Shown: positions 50,590 through 63,220 of the stretch, in pieces
Layout of the letters: every line of letters starts with the position of its first letter
Numbering within the stretch: position 1 is the first letter of the stretch
Assembly (NCBI RefSeq): GCF_036321535.1
Contig: NC_087447.1
Span: 48,052,001 to 48,116,000, forward strand
Length of the DNA: 64,000 nt
Direction of reading: 5' to 3'
From: Camelus dromedarius
Lineage: Eukaryota
The notes under the pieces: model-generated
What the model saw: only the letters and a program-made list of their open reading frames with translations
What the model was told of the DNA's origin: nothing
Databases searched by the model: none
Made by a program: the position numbers and the translations under genes

Positions 50590-53500
50590 ACAATCCCCCA
50601 TTAATCCCTTCACCATAGTTCACTAAAGTTATAAATGACCTTCACAAGAACAAATCCAATGAACAGTATTTATTTTTATTTGATCTCTCAGCATCATTTA
50701 GCACTGTTGGTTCATTTCCTCCTTATTGAATCCCCTGGCTTCTGAACAGTACACTCTCCTAGTTTTCCTCCTACTTCTCTGTCTGCTTTCCAAGATTATC
50801 CTCTTCTGCCCAATGTTTAAATGTTCAAGACTATACTATTCTCTATTCTTTTCTCACTCTATTCTCTCTCCCTAAGCAATCTAATCCACATCCATGACTT
50901 TACTTACAATCTAAAAGCCAAACATACAGTCAATTTTTCTCTGGCCCTTACCTTTCTCCAAGTTCCAGGCGTGTTTATCTAATTGCCTACTCAAAATCAT
51001 CCCTTCAATGTTTTAAAGTCATTCAAATTCAACATGTCCAAAACTGAATCATAATATTCCATCCCAAACCAGTCCTTTTCCAGTGTCCTCATTTCAGTGA
51101 AAGGTACCACCATCTACCTCCCAGTTATTAAGCCAGGAACTTGGGAGTCATCCTTATCACTTCCTTCTCCTTTGTCCCCAACATGTAATCCATTACACAG
51201 TTCTATCAATTCAACCTAAAATATATCTCTTACATTTCTTCTCATCTCTGCCTACCATCTATCATGGTAGTCTCTCACAGGGACTGTATCTGTGCAAAAG
51301 CATACCTGCACTGACTTACACTCCTCTAGAATCCCTTCTCTACATGGCAGTTAAAGTGCTATTTTCCAAATTCTGATCATGCAATTCCCCGTTGCATAAA
51401 ACTCTTAAATGTGAAGTCCTAAACAGAGCAATCAGACAAGAAAAAGAAACAAAAGGAATTCAAATTGGAAAGGGAGAAATGAAACTATCACTGTTTGCAG
51501 ATGGCATGATACTATACACAGAAAATCCTAAAGCCACCACCAAAAACTACTGGAGCTCATCAATAAATTTGGTAAAGTTGAAGGATACAAAATTAATATA
51601 CAACAACGAACTATCAGAGAAATTTAGGAAACAATCCTACTTATCATTGTATCAAAAAGAATAAAATAGCCATAAGTAATATTAACTAAAGGGGTAAAAG
51701 ACCTGTACTCAGAAAACCATAAGACACAGATGAAAGATATTGAAGACAATTCAAAGAAAGATATACCATGTTCATGGACTGGAAGAACTAATATTGTTAA
51801 AATGAACATACTACCCAAGGCAATCTATAGATTCAATGAAACCCCTATCAAAATACCAAAGGCATTATTCACAGAACTAGAACAAATCACTCTAAAATTC
51901 ATATGGGAACACAAAAGACCCTGAATGGCCAAAGCAATCTTGAGAAAAAAAGAACAAAGTTGGAGGTATCATGCTCCCTGACTTCAAACTATATTACAAA
52001 GCTAGTCATCAAAACAGTGTGGTAGTGGCACAAAAACAGACACAAAGCTCAAAGAAACAGACTAGAGAGCGCAGAAATAAACTTATACACTTATGGTCAA
52101 TTAATCTATGACAAAGGAGGCAAGAATATACAGTGGAGAAAAGACAGTCTCCTCAATAAGTGGTGCTGGGAAAACTGGACAGCTACATGTAAGAGAATGA
52201 AATTAGAACATTTCTCACACCATATAAAAAATAAACTCACAATGGATTAAAGACCTAAATTTAAGACCAGAAAACTCCTAGAAGAAAACACAGGCAGAAC
52301 ACTCTGACATAAATTGCAGCAATATCTTATTTGCTCTGTCTCCTAAGGCAAAGGAAATAAAAGAAAACAAACAAACAAATGTGACCTAATTAAATTTAAA
52401 AGGGTTTTGTATAGCAAAGGAAACCATCAACAAAATGAAAAGACAACCTACTGAATGGGAGAAAATATTTGGAAATGATATAATCAATAAGGGCTTAACA
52501 TTCAAACCATATAAAGAGCTCATACAACTCAATTAAAAAAAAAAAAAAAAAGCCAAACAACCTAATTTAAAAAAGACCTGAACAGACATTTTTCCCAAAG
52601 AAAACAGAGATGGCCAACCGGCACATGAAAAAATGCTCAACTAATCATCAGGGAAATGGATATCAAAACCACAGTAAGATATCACCTCACACCTATCAGA
52701 ATAACTATCATCAAAAAGACCACAAATAACAAATGTTGGCAAGGATGTGGAGAAAAGGGAACCCTTGTATACTGTCGGTGGGAATGTAAATTGGTGCAGC
52801 CACCATAGAAAACAGTATGGAGGTTCCTCCAACAACTAAAAATAGCACTACCATATGATCCAGCAATTTCACTCCTAGGTATACATCCAAAGAAAATGAA
52901 AACACTAATTCATAGAGTTACATGCACCCCTTTATAGCAACATTACTTACAACAGCCAAGATATGGAAGCAACCTAACCATCAAAAGATGAACAGGTTAA
53001 AAAATAAAGATGAATAGATAAAGAAAGTGTGGGACGGACACACACACACACACACACACACACACGAATACTACTCAAGTCATAAAAAAGACTGAAAATT
53101 TGTCATTTGCAACAATACAGATGGACCTGGACAGCATTATGCTTAGTGAAGTAAGTCAGACAAAGAAAGACAAATACTGGAATCTATATCACTTATATGT
53201 GGAATCTAAAAAGTAAACAAACAAACGAATATAACAAAACAGAAACAGACTTACAGATACAGAGAGCAAACTAGTGGTTACCAGTTGGGGGAGAGAAGGG
53301 GGAAGAAGCAAGGTAAGAGTAGTGGATTAAGAGGTACAAACTACTATGTATAAAATAAATAAGCTACAAGGATATACTGTACAGCACAGGGAATATGGCC
53401 AATATTTTATGGTAACTTGAAAAAAAAACCCTTTAATGGTTTTCAATTATTTTTAGTATAAAGAAAAACATCAAGTCCTCTATGTTTTTTACTTCTGCCC

Positions 53501-53900
53501 CAACCTCTAGCTCTGTGCATTGCAGACAGGCTGTCCTTATGCCACTTTCTCAAATATGCCAAACTCTTTTCTGTCACAGAGGCTTTACATATGCTGTTCC
53601 CTTTACCTAGAAGACTCTACTCACCATCTCCACCCTGTCTTCCCCTAGAAAATTCAATTCATCCTTCAGACTTCACATCCAATATTACTTCCTTAGAGAC
53701 ACCTTCACAGAACTTTCAGACTAGGTCAGATTCCCACGTGACGTTTACTGAGAGCAACACGAAGCACTAATTGGTAGTACTTACCACAATTATAATTTTT
53801 CATTATGCATGATCATTTGATCAATGTATCATCCACTGGACTGTAAGCTCCATAAGTTTATGGAAACTATATCTGGTTTTGCTCATCATAGTACCTATAT
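50590..53900 (+). mobile_element. L2 LINE split by an L1 insertion (L2 parts about 50590-51397 and 53439-53900)
   Basis: tcaaattcaacatgtccaaaactgaa; ctgatcatg...aaaactct continues after the L1 as aatggttttc; tgctgttccct; ctggactgtaagctccat. Confidence 0.8.
51412..53424 (+). mobile_element. 5'-truncated LINE-1 (ORF2 RT end to 3'UTR)
   Basis: EVLNRAIRQEKETKGIQIGKGEMKLSLFADGMILY (RT motif FADD degenerated to FADG) and [29 protein letters not shown] at 51398-51411 and 53425-53438 (2 mismatches). Confidence 0.93.
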
Positions 53901-54048
53901 TGCACAAAGTTACTCTGTAAGGAAGAGAGCCAAGATTAGCAACCCGATCCATTTGATTCCAAAATTCAAGGTATTTCCAGTATAAGCCACTGAGGATAGT
54001 GAACCACTAAGATTATCAGATTAAGCAGTTTTAACTAAAAACTAAGAA

Positions 54049-56462
54049 AGGGGCAAGATCAAGTCCAGTGTCTCTGCCAACACCCGCGAAGCCACCCCCG
54101 CGGCCCTGAGACGACCACTGCCATCTCTGCCCTGCCGCTACCTGTGTCGCCACCGCCTCAGGACAAGCTATACGATTAGGCCACAATCTTCAATGAGTAG
54201 ACATACTGCTTTCTGTGGTGTTCGCGGTCACATATTTATGGAGTTTCTGAAGGACAGTGGAGATTACTGCCAGCCAGGCACAGGACAACCTCTATGCAGA
54301 CAAGCGAACTGTAGAAAATCATTACTACTCCACCAAGAAGCCCCCATAAGAGTGGTTAACCTGGACACAGAGTGTTGAATTGAAATCCACAAAACATTTT
54401 TCACAAGAGTTCTGACCTGGATGGGGTAAACCTCAGTGCACTTTCTTTTTATTGCCTCAGTATTACTGGATTGAAGAATTGCTGCTTCTTGTTAAGAGGT
54501 TCATTTCATTTTTCCTTACTCCCAACTTCATACTCAAAAGCACTGAGAATTTCAAGTGGAGTATGTTGAAGTAGATTCCGTTTCTTTGCATCATTTCTGC
54601 ATTCAATTTTTAAAATTCTTTCACAACCCTATGGAGTGTTTTTTAACCAAATTAACATGGCTCAAATGAACCGCCCAGTTCCTGTAGAATTCACATACAA
54701 GAACAAGATTTTTTATTACATACAATCCAACTAATGAGACCTTAAATTTACTGAGGAACTTAAGAAGTATGGAGTCACCACCATAGTGAGAGTATATGAA
54801 GCAACTTACAACACTACTTTTGTGGAGAAAAAAGGCATCCGTGTTCTTGATTGCCCTTTGATGATGGTGCACCACCATCTAACCAGATTGTTGATGATTG
54901 GTTAAGTCTTGTAAAAATTAAGTTTCCTGAAGACTTTGGTTGCTGAATTGCTGCTCATTGTGTTGCAGGCCTTGGGAGAGTGCCAGTGCTTGTCGCTCTA
55001 GCACTAATTGAAGGTGGAATGAAATATGAAGATGCATTTCAGTTCACAAGACAAAAGTGGCATGGAGCTTTTAACAGCAAGTAGATTTTGTATTTGGAGA
55101 AGTATCGTCCTAAAAGCAGTTGCACTTCAAAGACTCCAACGGTCAGAGAAACAACTGTTGCATTCAATAAAACTGGGGTGCCTGATGCCATTGCTTTGAA
55201 AGTGGAACCTGAGATAGGCCCGAATCTGTCGTACATATTAGCCAACACGTTGGCTTGGTGAATAAGTTAAACGAAGCTTCCAGAGGAGTTTTGAAAAGCA
55301 GTTTTACCAGGCCACAAACCTGGCAGAATTACAACCTCTACTTCTGGGTTATGATCAACCTATCTGGACACTTAGCAAAAGATTCTTGCTGTTCAGCATT
55401 TAAAATGTGCTTATCATTTGTACCAACTGACCTTTCCTGAAATCATGCAGTATTCACTTACGTCATTAAATCTGTTTCCATGCCAGAATCTTATCAATAT
55501 TTAAGAAATTTAGAAAGATTAGGTGCCAAAATACCCAGCACAATACTTGTATATTTTTAGTACCATATAGAACTAAAATCCCAGGGCCTATGAAGATTCT
55601 GGAACTTATGTGGTTTGTTCCTTCCATCATTTCAAACAGAAAAGTAGGGCTTATATGGCTATTTGCTCACAGTATGTTTACATCTCCCACATCATACCAG
55701 TATACATCAGATTTGCTCCATTTTTTTCTTTTTATTAACCAAGTCTTACAGTGATTATTTAATGCCTTTCTATAAATCTCATTTTATGCTATAGAAAACC
55801 TCCATTTAAAAAATCTACATTTTACAGAGCACATGTCTTTAATGTCTCCAGACAAAAAAGCCTTACAGTTATTTTTAATGGTTGCACTTTGAGGTGCAAC
55901 TTACAGGGAGGGCCTGAGAAAACAATGGGAGGGGGCTATTAAGTATTTTTAGTAAAATGTTGCCTTTTACTTGTGCAGAACATGTAGAGTATGTGCTTTA
56001 ATTTAGTAAATATTTTTAAAAGGTAGAAATACTTTGTTATTGTAGCTAAAACAACTCCTAATCATAAAATTTCTGAAATTCTTGTAATTTTTCCCATACT
56101 TATTTGAAGTTGTTTACCAACTTATTTTTGTTTGAAGTGTGATTTCCAACCTCTCCTGCATAAAAAAGTGGGTTTCTGCTAATGAACTGAGCAGACATTT
56201 AATATTTTATATGCCTTTTGAGCTGTGTAACTTAATATTTAGACACTTGACAATTTGCTTTATTATGTAAGTGATAAAACAGTGATGTGTATTAACGTTA
56301 GTTCAGCAATATGTTTATACTGTCCAGGAACACAGTTATAGTTCTATGGGAGAAATAATTTGTCAGTGTTTACCAGCTTGTAAAAATCTACTGTGCGAGC
56401 TTAAACATTAAGTAAATAGTGAAATGCATTTATCATCAAAAAATACTAAAAAATAAATTAAA
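54049..56462 (+). pseudogene. PTP4A1: Processed pseudogene (retrocopy) of PTP4A1/PRL-1 phosphatase with 5'UTR, CDS, 3'UTR and A-tail
   Basis: Intronless CDS 54657-55170 reads MAQMNRPVPVEFTYKN...[14 protein letters not shown]...[22 protein letters not shown]...HCVAGLGR...KDSNGQRNNCCIQ*; the CCIQ CAAX end is diagnostic of PRL-1. It has four frameshifting deletions (2+4+1+1 = 8 bp; 514 vs 522 nt) and stops TGA 54944-54946 and TAG 55082-55084. A-rich tail at 56438-56462. TSD TAAAAACTAAGAA at 54036-54048 and 56463-56475. Confidence 0.97.
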
Positions 56463-57618
56463 TAAAAACTAAGAAGGGAGGTGAGCTTGATGTATCATGA
56501 ACGTCTGTAAATTTCTAAGTCTTTTCTAATTACTCAGGCCAAAAGTGGTCTCCCTCTCCTTCAAGCTCCTACAATGACAGAAGTATGGATTAATCTCACC
56601 TTTGTGAACTTACCCTATACTAGTTTAAACTGTAGCTTGCACACTGTAATCCATCTCCCCTATGAGAAAGACCTTACAAGAAGGTATTGTATTAAAAATG
56701 GACTAAAACATGTAGTAAACAAAGAATATTTGGTTCAAATTTCATGCCAGTATGGCTATGTCTGTGCTGCTCTCTATGTCTGAATGGTAAACTCAGTTAA
56801 ATGTTAAACTGCTTTCCCAAAAGAACTGTCTTGTTTTCTCCTTTTAAAAATCATCATTCTTTCCTCAGTTTCTAGGAAATTCAGAAGTAAATTTGTAGCT
56901 CACCCAGAGCAAGTGAGGAGACACATACTATTCCATTTTCATTAGTACTGAATAATTTCCTTTTTTACATTATTTTATTAGTTACTGTTGTTAGGCATCC
57001 TAAATCCTTTGTGGAATGAATACACCAAAGACCATACACATTTGGTAAGCCCTACTATATCTCTAATAAGTATACTAAAATTATGGCATGTAAGACTGGA
57101 AACGGCAGAGCCATTTACTTGAAAAAAAAAATCCATAAACCAAGGTCTTTATCAGGCCTCCTTCCATTACTGAAATGACTTTACTTTTTATATCTGTATA
57201 ATTTAACCAAGGGGTAAAAAGTGACACTTCACTCACTTTGTACAATACAAATGGGTTCTTGTGGATAATTTAGGTATCCTTTTCTCTTACATGATTCTTG
57301 CTTTGAGGTTCAATGCTGCAATTTTGGGACACACTGTCATTTAAAACATTACAGGGAAATATTTACAGTTGAATGACCCCTATTCATCTCTCTTACCCTC
57401 ATCATAACTAGGGAGAGTAGTATTTACCCTGAAGGGCTCTTTTGGAGATTATATAAGACAATATATGCAAGTCATCTAGAAGGTCCTCAATACTTAGTAT
57501 CATCTCTTTCCTTGGTCTGTTCAGATGGCTTGCTTCAAGTTGAAAGTATTTTCTATCACAGAATTAAGTCTGTAAAGCTGGGTTTTTCCCATTTAATTTC
57601 TTGCTTAATCTGGTTTCT

Positions 57619-57940
57619 TTCTTTTTTTTTGTTCTTCACCCATTTTAGCTTTTATTTATTTTTTTTAACATTTTTTATTGATTTATAATCATTTTACAAT
57701 GTTGTGTCAAATTCCAGTGTTCACAATTTTTCAGTCATTCATGGACATATACACACTCATTGTCACATTTTTTTCTCTGTGAGTTATCATAACATTTTGT
57801 GTATATTTCCCTGTGCTATACAGTGTAATCTTGTTTATCTATTCTACAATTTTGAAATCCCAGTCTATCCCTTCCCACCCTCCACCCCCCTGGTAACCAC
57901 AAGTCTGTATTCTCTGTCTGTGAGTCTATTTCTGTCCTGT
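57619..57940 (-). mobile_element. Young short L1 3'UTR insertion with double A-tail
   Basis: Antisense copy of the same 3'UTR as 324-1117 and 47195-47751. Perfect 18-bp TSD TTGCTTAATCTGGTTTCT at 57601-57618 and 57941-57958. Confidence 0.95.
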
Positions 57941-58380
57941 TTGCTTAATCTGGTTTCTGACTTTAAAGCTCATTAAAAACTACAAGTTACCTATTGGCAG
58001 GCTGGGCTCCAGTCAAGCATATCTGCAAGGCATTAATTCACAAAGGACCCAGGGAAGGTGCATTTAGTGTACTCCCAATGAGGCATCACCATACTATATA
58101 CTACACTCATAACCCAAATTGCCAATACCTAGGCTCTGAATCTTTCATTATTTAATACTAATTAAAATGGATTGGTGAAATCAATGAAACTATGCCAAGA
58201 AAAGACTTGAAGGTGGCTTCTGAAGCAATACCTGACCAAAATTTCATCTCTATCAAGTATTTACTTGATGTTCATCTCTATCATTCATTCACTTAAGCCA
58301 GACCCCTCAAACATCCTAGTATATGCTATGGAAGGCTTAGTCAATTTATTTTCCATCATAACTCAACCAACAATTTCAGC

Positions 58381-58446
58381 ATCATAGGGAACTATATTCA
58401 ATGTCTTATAATAATCTACAATGGAAAAGAATCTGGAAAATAGATT

Positions 58447-58490
<44 letters not shown>

Positions 58491-58628
58491 TGAATCACTT
58501 TGCTATAATATTGCTAAAATATTATTAATCAACTATACTTCAATTTAGAATTGAAAAAAAGTACATGTAACGATAAATAGAACAATAAAGTGGAAACGTG
58601 CAAAAACAAAACAAAAACAACAAAAGAA
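58381..58628 (+). mobile_element. Short L1 3' end with internal (TG)n and extra 3' segment
   Basis: atagggaactatattcaat...tgaatcactttgct...aatcaactatacttcaat. (TG)n at 58451-58487. TSD AATTTCAGC at 58372-58380 and 58629-58637. Confidence 0.85.
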
Positions 58629-59219
58629 AATTTCAGCTCTCACTTGTTAACTGTATGACCTAACTTCTGAAGACAACACTACTTATCTAACAGCTATCTA
58701 ACAGGTAGTGTTATTAGCTAAGTAAGGTTTAGAGATAATTTATATAGAATATCTACAATTTATGTAGAATACCTACACAATGTCTAGCCTAAAAAAAGTA
58801 TGCAATAAACTATAGTTGTTATTGTCATGATTAATAAGTATTCATGAATGCTCACTATTGTCCCAAGATTGTGCTGAGTACTAGGGAGAAACAATAGGTA
58901 TAGATGTAGTCCCACTTTTAGAGGGTATACAACATAGTGGAGAGAAAACAAACTAACCATTATATACAATTATATAATTAAATGGTAAACTGCTTGGCAT
59001 AGACTAAGTGCTGAAGGAGACCAAAAAGCTTTTCCTTCTATTAATTCACAAAAACTCTTTGAATCAGGCAGGGCAGAAATTATTATTCTCATTTTATTAA
59101 AAAAAGAAAGAAAGAAAGAAACTGACACTAAGAATAAATTCCTGTTCGTGTTCATAGAGATCACTTACACATTTAACAAATTCTAGGCCATGAACTATGC
59201 TAAGTGCAGAAGAGAAACA

Positions 59220-59775
59220 AATCAGTTAAAACTCCTTCCATTTTAAATGACAGAAAACTCAATCAAAACTAGTTTAAGCAAGAAGTCTAAATCCTGACTT
59301 AATTAACTGAAGCCCAGGATTAGGAAAGACTAGGGAAGAGCCTCAATTCAGAGCTCAAAGTCATCACCTCCACCTCTTTAGCGCTGGTTCTATCATGAGC
59401 CAGAGTCTCCTGATGATGGCAAAAAGGCTTAGAAACTTCTAGTCCTTTGAGAAGCTAACCTTCTAGTCCAACAGGATTGGGAGAGGGTGTTCTATAGCAA
59501 CTCCCATTAAAGTCTTAAACATCCAGTTTAGAATGGTTTAAAACATATTTTTACCCCTAAGCAATCACTGTGGCTGGTTCTATACTGTATGTAGAGGAAT
59601 ACGGATGTGCTGGTTCTCCTGGGCCTAGTTCAGGTACACCAGAGCTAAGAAGTTCCTACCCAAACCACATGAGTCAAAATAATGAGGAGGTGTGGTTCCT
59701 AAAACCAACATCTGAGGCCACTGCTGAGATAAAGGGGGAAAGCTAAAGAAGCAAAACACAAATGTCTACCACAAA
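59220..59775 (-). mobile_element. MLT1J/K-like MaLR LTR
   Basis: tgacagaaaactcaatcaaaactagtttaagca...taactgaa; ccctaagcaatcactgtggc; ends aaatgtctaccaca. Confidence 0.65.
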
Positions 59776-62718
59776 GAACCCTGTGACTGTGCTCTCATGA
59801 AATTTAGGGTTTAGGGAAATGATTCACAAGTGCAGCTGTCTGGTAGACAAAAGGGTTAGAGGTATGGTTCTAATGGAAAAGAAACATAACTGCAGTACAA
59901 AATGATAAGTGCTACAGTGGATATGTTAAAGTGTCATAGCATCCAGAAACAAAAAGGCACTAGGCCACCAGGGGACTCAGGGAAGTCTTCATGGAGGTGG
60001 TACCAACCAAACTTGAACTGGTGTACCTGAACTAGGCCCAAACTGTTCCTGAAGAGAACAAGTCAGGCAGCAAATCACCCAACTACAACAGCAGAACCAA
60101 GGTTTCCTGATTTCCTGTCAAGAGCTCTTTCCACTACTAGGTCCTAATAGAAGGAGAGGAAGATGGGTACTGGGGCATCAATGGAGGTGACTGCCACAGA
60201 GACTTATTTAAATTAGCTACCAAAACTGCTCAGCACTTAAATATACTGTAAAGGCCTTGTCCACATAAGCAGCAGGACCACAAAGACCCTGCCAACCCTA
60301 TTGTTTCTGCTAGTCATAGTCCAAACATGGAACTAGACAATCTGTCATTTCCCAGCACTTCAGCTTCCTCACCTACAACCTACCATGTGCCTCTTTTCAC
60401 TGTGTATGTAAAGGTTGAAAGCTCAAAGAGAAAGTACCAAACACACTAAGCTAAATTGAGACCACATTGCCATATGACAAAACAGAATTACAAGAAAAAC
60501 CCACAAAAGTGACGTGTCTACACATGCAGTTTATGCTCATTGAGACAACATGAGGTGAGGTACCATAAAAAGGTAGGGTCTGGCGTCTGCATCGGTCTCC
60601 ACCACTTACTAATTGTATAACCTCAGACAAATCACTTTTCTAACCCTCAAGTTTCCTCACCTGTAAAATGGAAAACATGAATATACTCTTTCTTCATGAA
60701 ACTATTACAGAAAAAAAAAAACATAAAACAAGGGAAAGCACCTGATCAAATTTTAAAGCAGCATGTAAAAATAGTTATTATGTTCTTTAACTCTTTGTGT
60801 AAAGATGTTTCAAAGTGTTATAGAACTTCTACTTCTATAAAGAGCAGAATCCTCAATGCTCCAAAACATAGGGACTACATTTCCTTCTGGACTTGAAGAT
60901 TAAGGCTGTTTCCAGGGAAGGCTTATAAAAACAATACCAAATTAAATACTGGTGATTTGTTTTAAGAGCTTGTATGCAATTAAGAGTATTCCATTGTTTC
61001 ACCAGGCTCTTGTGGCAACCAATTAAGTAATAATATGAGAGAGGAGCTCTTAATTATGGAGGAAAACTTCCCCAAGCCAGTGACAGGTGTGCAGGGCTCA
61101 AGCTGAGATCAAAATAGTTGACTACAGCATTAATTCCTCTTTCCTTTTTCCCAAAGACACTTAAGTTTGCATGCAATTAGTTGAAAAGTAAACCAGGCCA
61201 AATGACTACCATACTTCAAGCTTTATTACCCTTTATCATGCTAACATTCACCAACTGCATTTTAAAGGATTAACACCAAAATAGATGGTTTAAATCCACA
61301 GTGAGTAAGCTTCAGTGATCAGATATGATAATGACCAAGTTGAATTTACACTCATCGCTAAGATGTTACCATGTTTCCCTAAACTGTGCCTATTGTAAAC
61401 TGAAGTTCTTTCTTTTTCTTTTTCATTTTCATTTACTTTGTAAATAACCTTAAGAATAAAACTACATTTAAAAGGATGCATTTTTTTCTAATTTGTCTAC
61501 CTTTCCTCCAAAATGTATAGCAAAAGTCTTCCCCCTTTGATTTAATCAATAAAATTAAATCCAAATACCCGGCATCTATTTTGCAGGTCGCAGATAATCA
61601 TTTTACCAGAACCTGCATTAAAAGCTAAATAAAGCACATCCCCAAAATCCAAACTGAAAAATAATTTTCCCACAAATTTGATTATTCTAAGGTTAAAGTG
61701 TGACCTTTTGAAAAGATGGACTCTTACAAATTAAACTGTTTATGTGAACCCTCAACATATGATGCAGCAATGATGATGTCAAAAAGGCACCCATTTGTTT
61801 AAATAGCCCTTTTCAAGCAAGGTTGCTCCTAACTTCCAAAGGAAAGAGTTCCCAGAAATTTAGGTCTCCAAATTTGATGTTGGGGAGTAACTCCAGAGAA
61901 ATACGTAAACACTCACTTAGGATGAGTCATTATGAAAAGAAAAACACAGAATTTGGACTTAAGTACCAGTCATATACTCCATTCATTCAAGCAATTACGA
62001 AGTGTTGATGGTTCAAGGAAGATACATTTTAATACAATGAAGTATTACATGTTCTGTGACAGGCGTAAGTACAAAGAGAACAGTCAATGCTACCTGGAAA
62101 AGAAAGCAACAGCTTTATAGAGGAAGTGATGCTGGTACTAGAGTGTTTAAAATACAGTAAGGCTGTGTTTGCCAAGTTGAGAAGAGGAGGACCATTTAAA
62201 CAGAAGTAACAACATGACAATGTAACAGCATACAGTAAATCCCAGAGATGGTAGGTAGTCAGGCAAGGTCAGGCTGAGAAGAGTGGGGTCACTGGGGGTG
62301 ACCCTGGCAGCAGAAGAAAGAATGGAAGCTACTGTCTGGGCAAGAGATGATGAGATTCTGAGCTAAAGACAACAGCTGTGGAGAGGAAAGGCACAGATTT
62401 GAGAAATGTTAAGATGATAGTACCTATACACTTAGTGAGTGCAGGAATATGAGCTGAGGAAATCCCAAATAGCAAAATTCTGAGAGAATGGTGGTGGCAT
62501 TGGTTAAGACAAGAAACACATTAGAAGACGGTTTGGGGAAGAAGATAATGTGTTTCGGTTTTAAACCAACCCTGTGACTTTAAACCAGTCACTAAATACC
62601 TCAGAGTTTCCTAGCTAGCAAAATGGTTACTACCACTTACCTCAAAGGCTGTGATGAGTTTAAAGAGAAAAATGGATAGAGGAAGGGTTGTATTATTATT
62701 ACCCTTTACCTACAACTC

Positions 62719-63220
62719 TGTGGAAAAGACTGATAATAGTATCCAGTTTCCCTTTCTTCCTTTTAGTATAGACACTCCCCTATCCTCATTTTCTGCCAAG
62801 ATTTAACTGAGGCACATGTGACCCAGCTAGAAACCATGTATCTCAGGTGTTACAATGAGGTATTCCATGTTTCTAAGAATAACGAATGAGATGCCAGGAG
62901 AAGTGATGTATATGACCTCCAGATTTTTTTTTTAAGGCAACTATGTACTCTCTATTCTCTCTTCTCCCTTCTCATGACAAGAAGGTGAATGTGTTATTCA
63001 GCTATCCTTGAACATGCAGATGAGGACATCATCCTGGGAGAGCAAAGAGATAAAAGGAATCTGAATCCCTGGATGATTTCATGGAGCAGAACTTCTGCCC
63101 ACCTTGGTCATAAGAGATCTACTTCTTAACTGTTATGTAAGAGATAAATGTCTACTTTGTTTGAGCCACTAAATTTTTGAGTCTCTGTTTCAGCAGCTAT
63201 CCCGTACTCTTTAACTATAT
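62719..63220 (+). mobile_element. Ancient ERVL/MaLR solo LTR
   Basis: TGT start; aatgagatg...gaagtgatgta; ggaatctgaatccctggatga; tgtttgagccact...gtctctgtttcagcagct terminus. Confidence 0.65.

Noticed and set aside
54657..55170. Functional PTP4A1 retrogene
   Set aside because: The first frameshift occurs after about 16 codons, followed by three more frameshifts and two nonsense codons.
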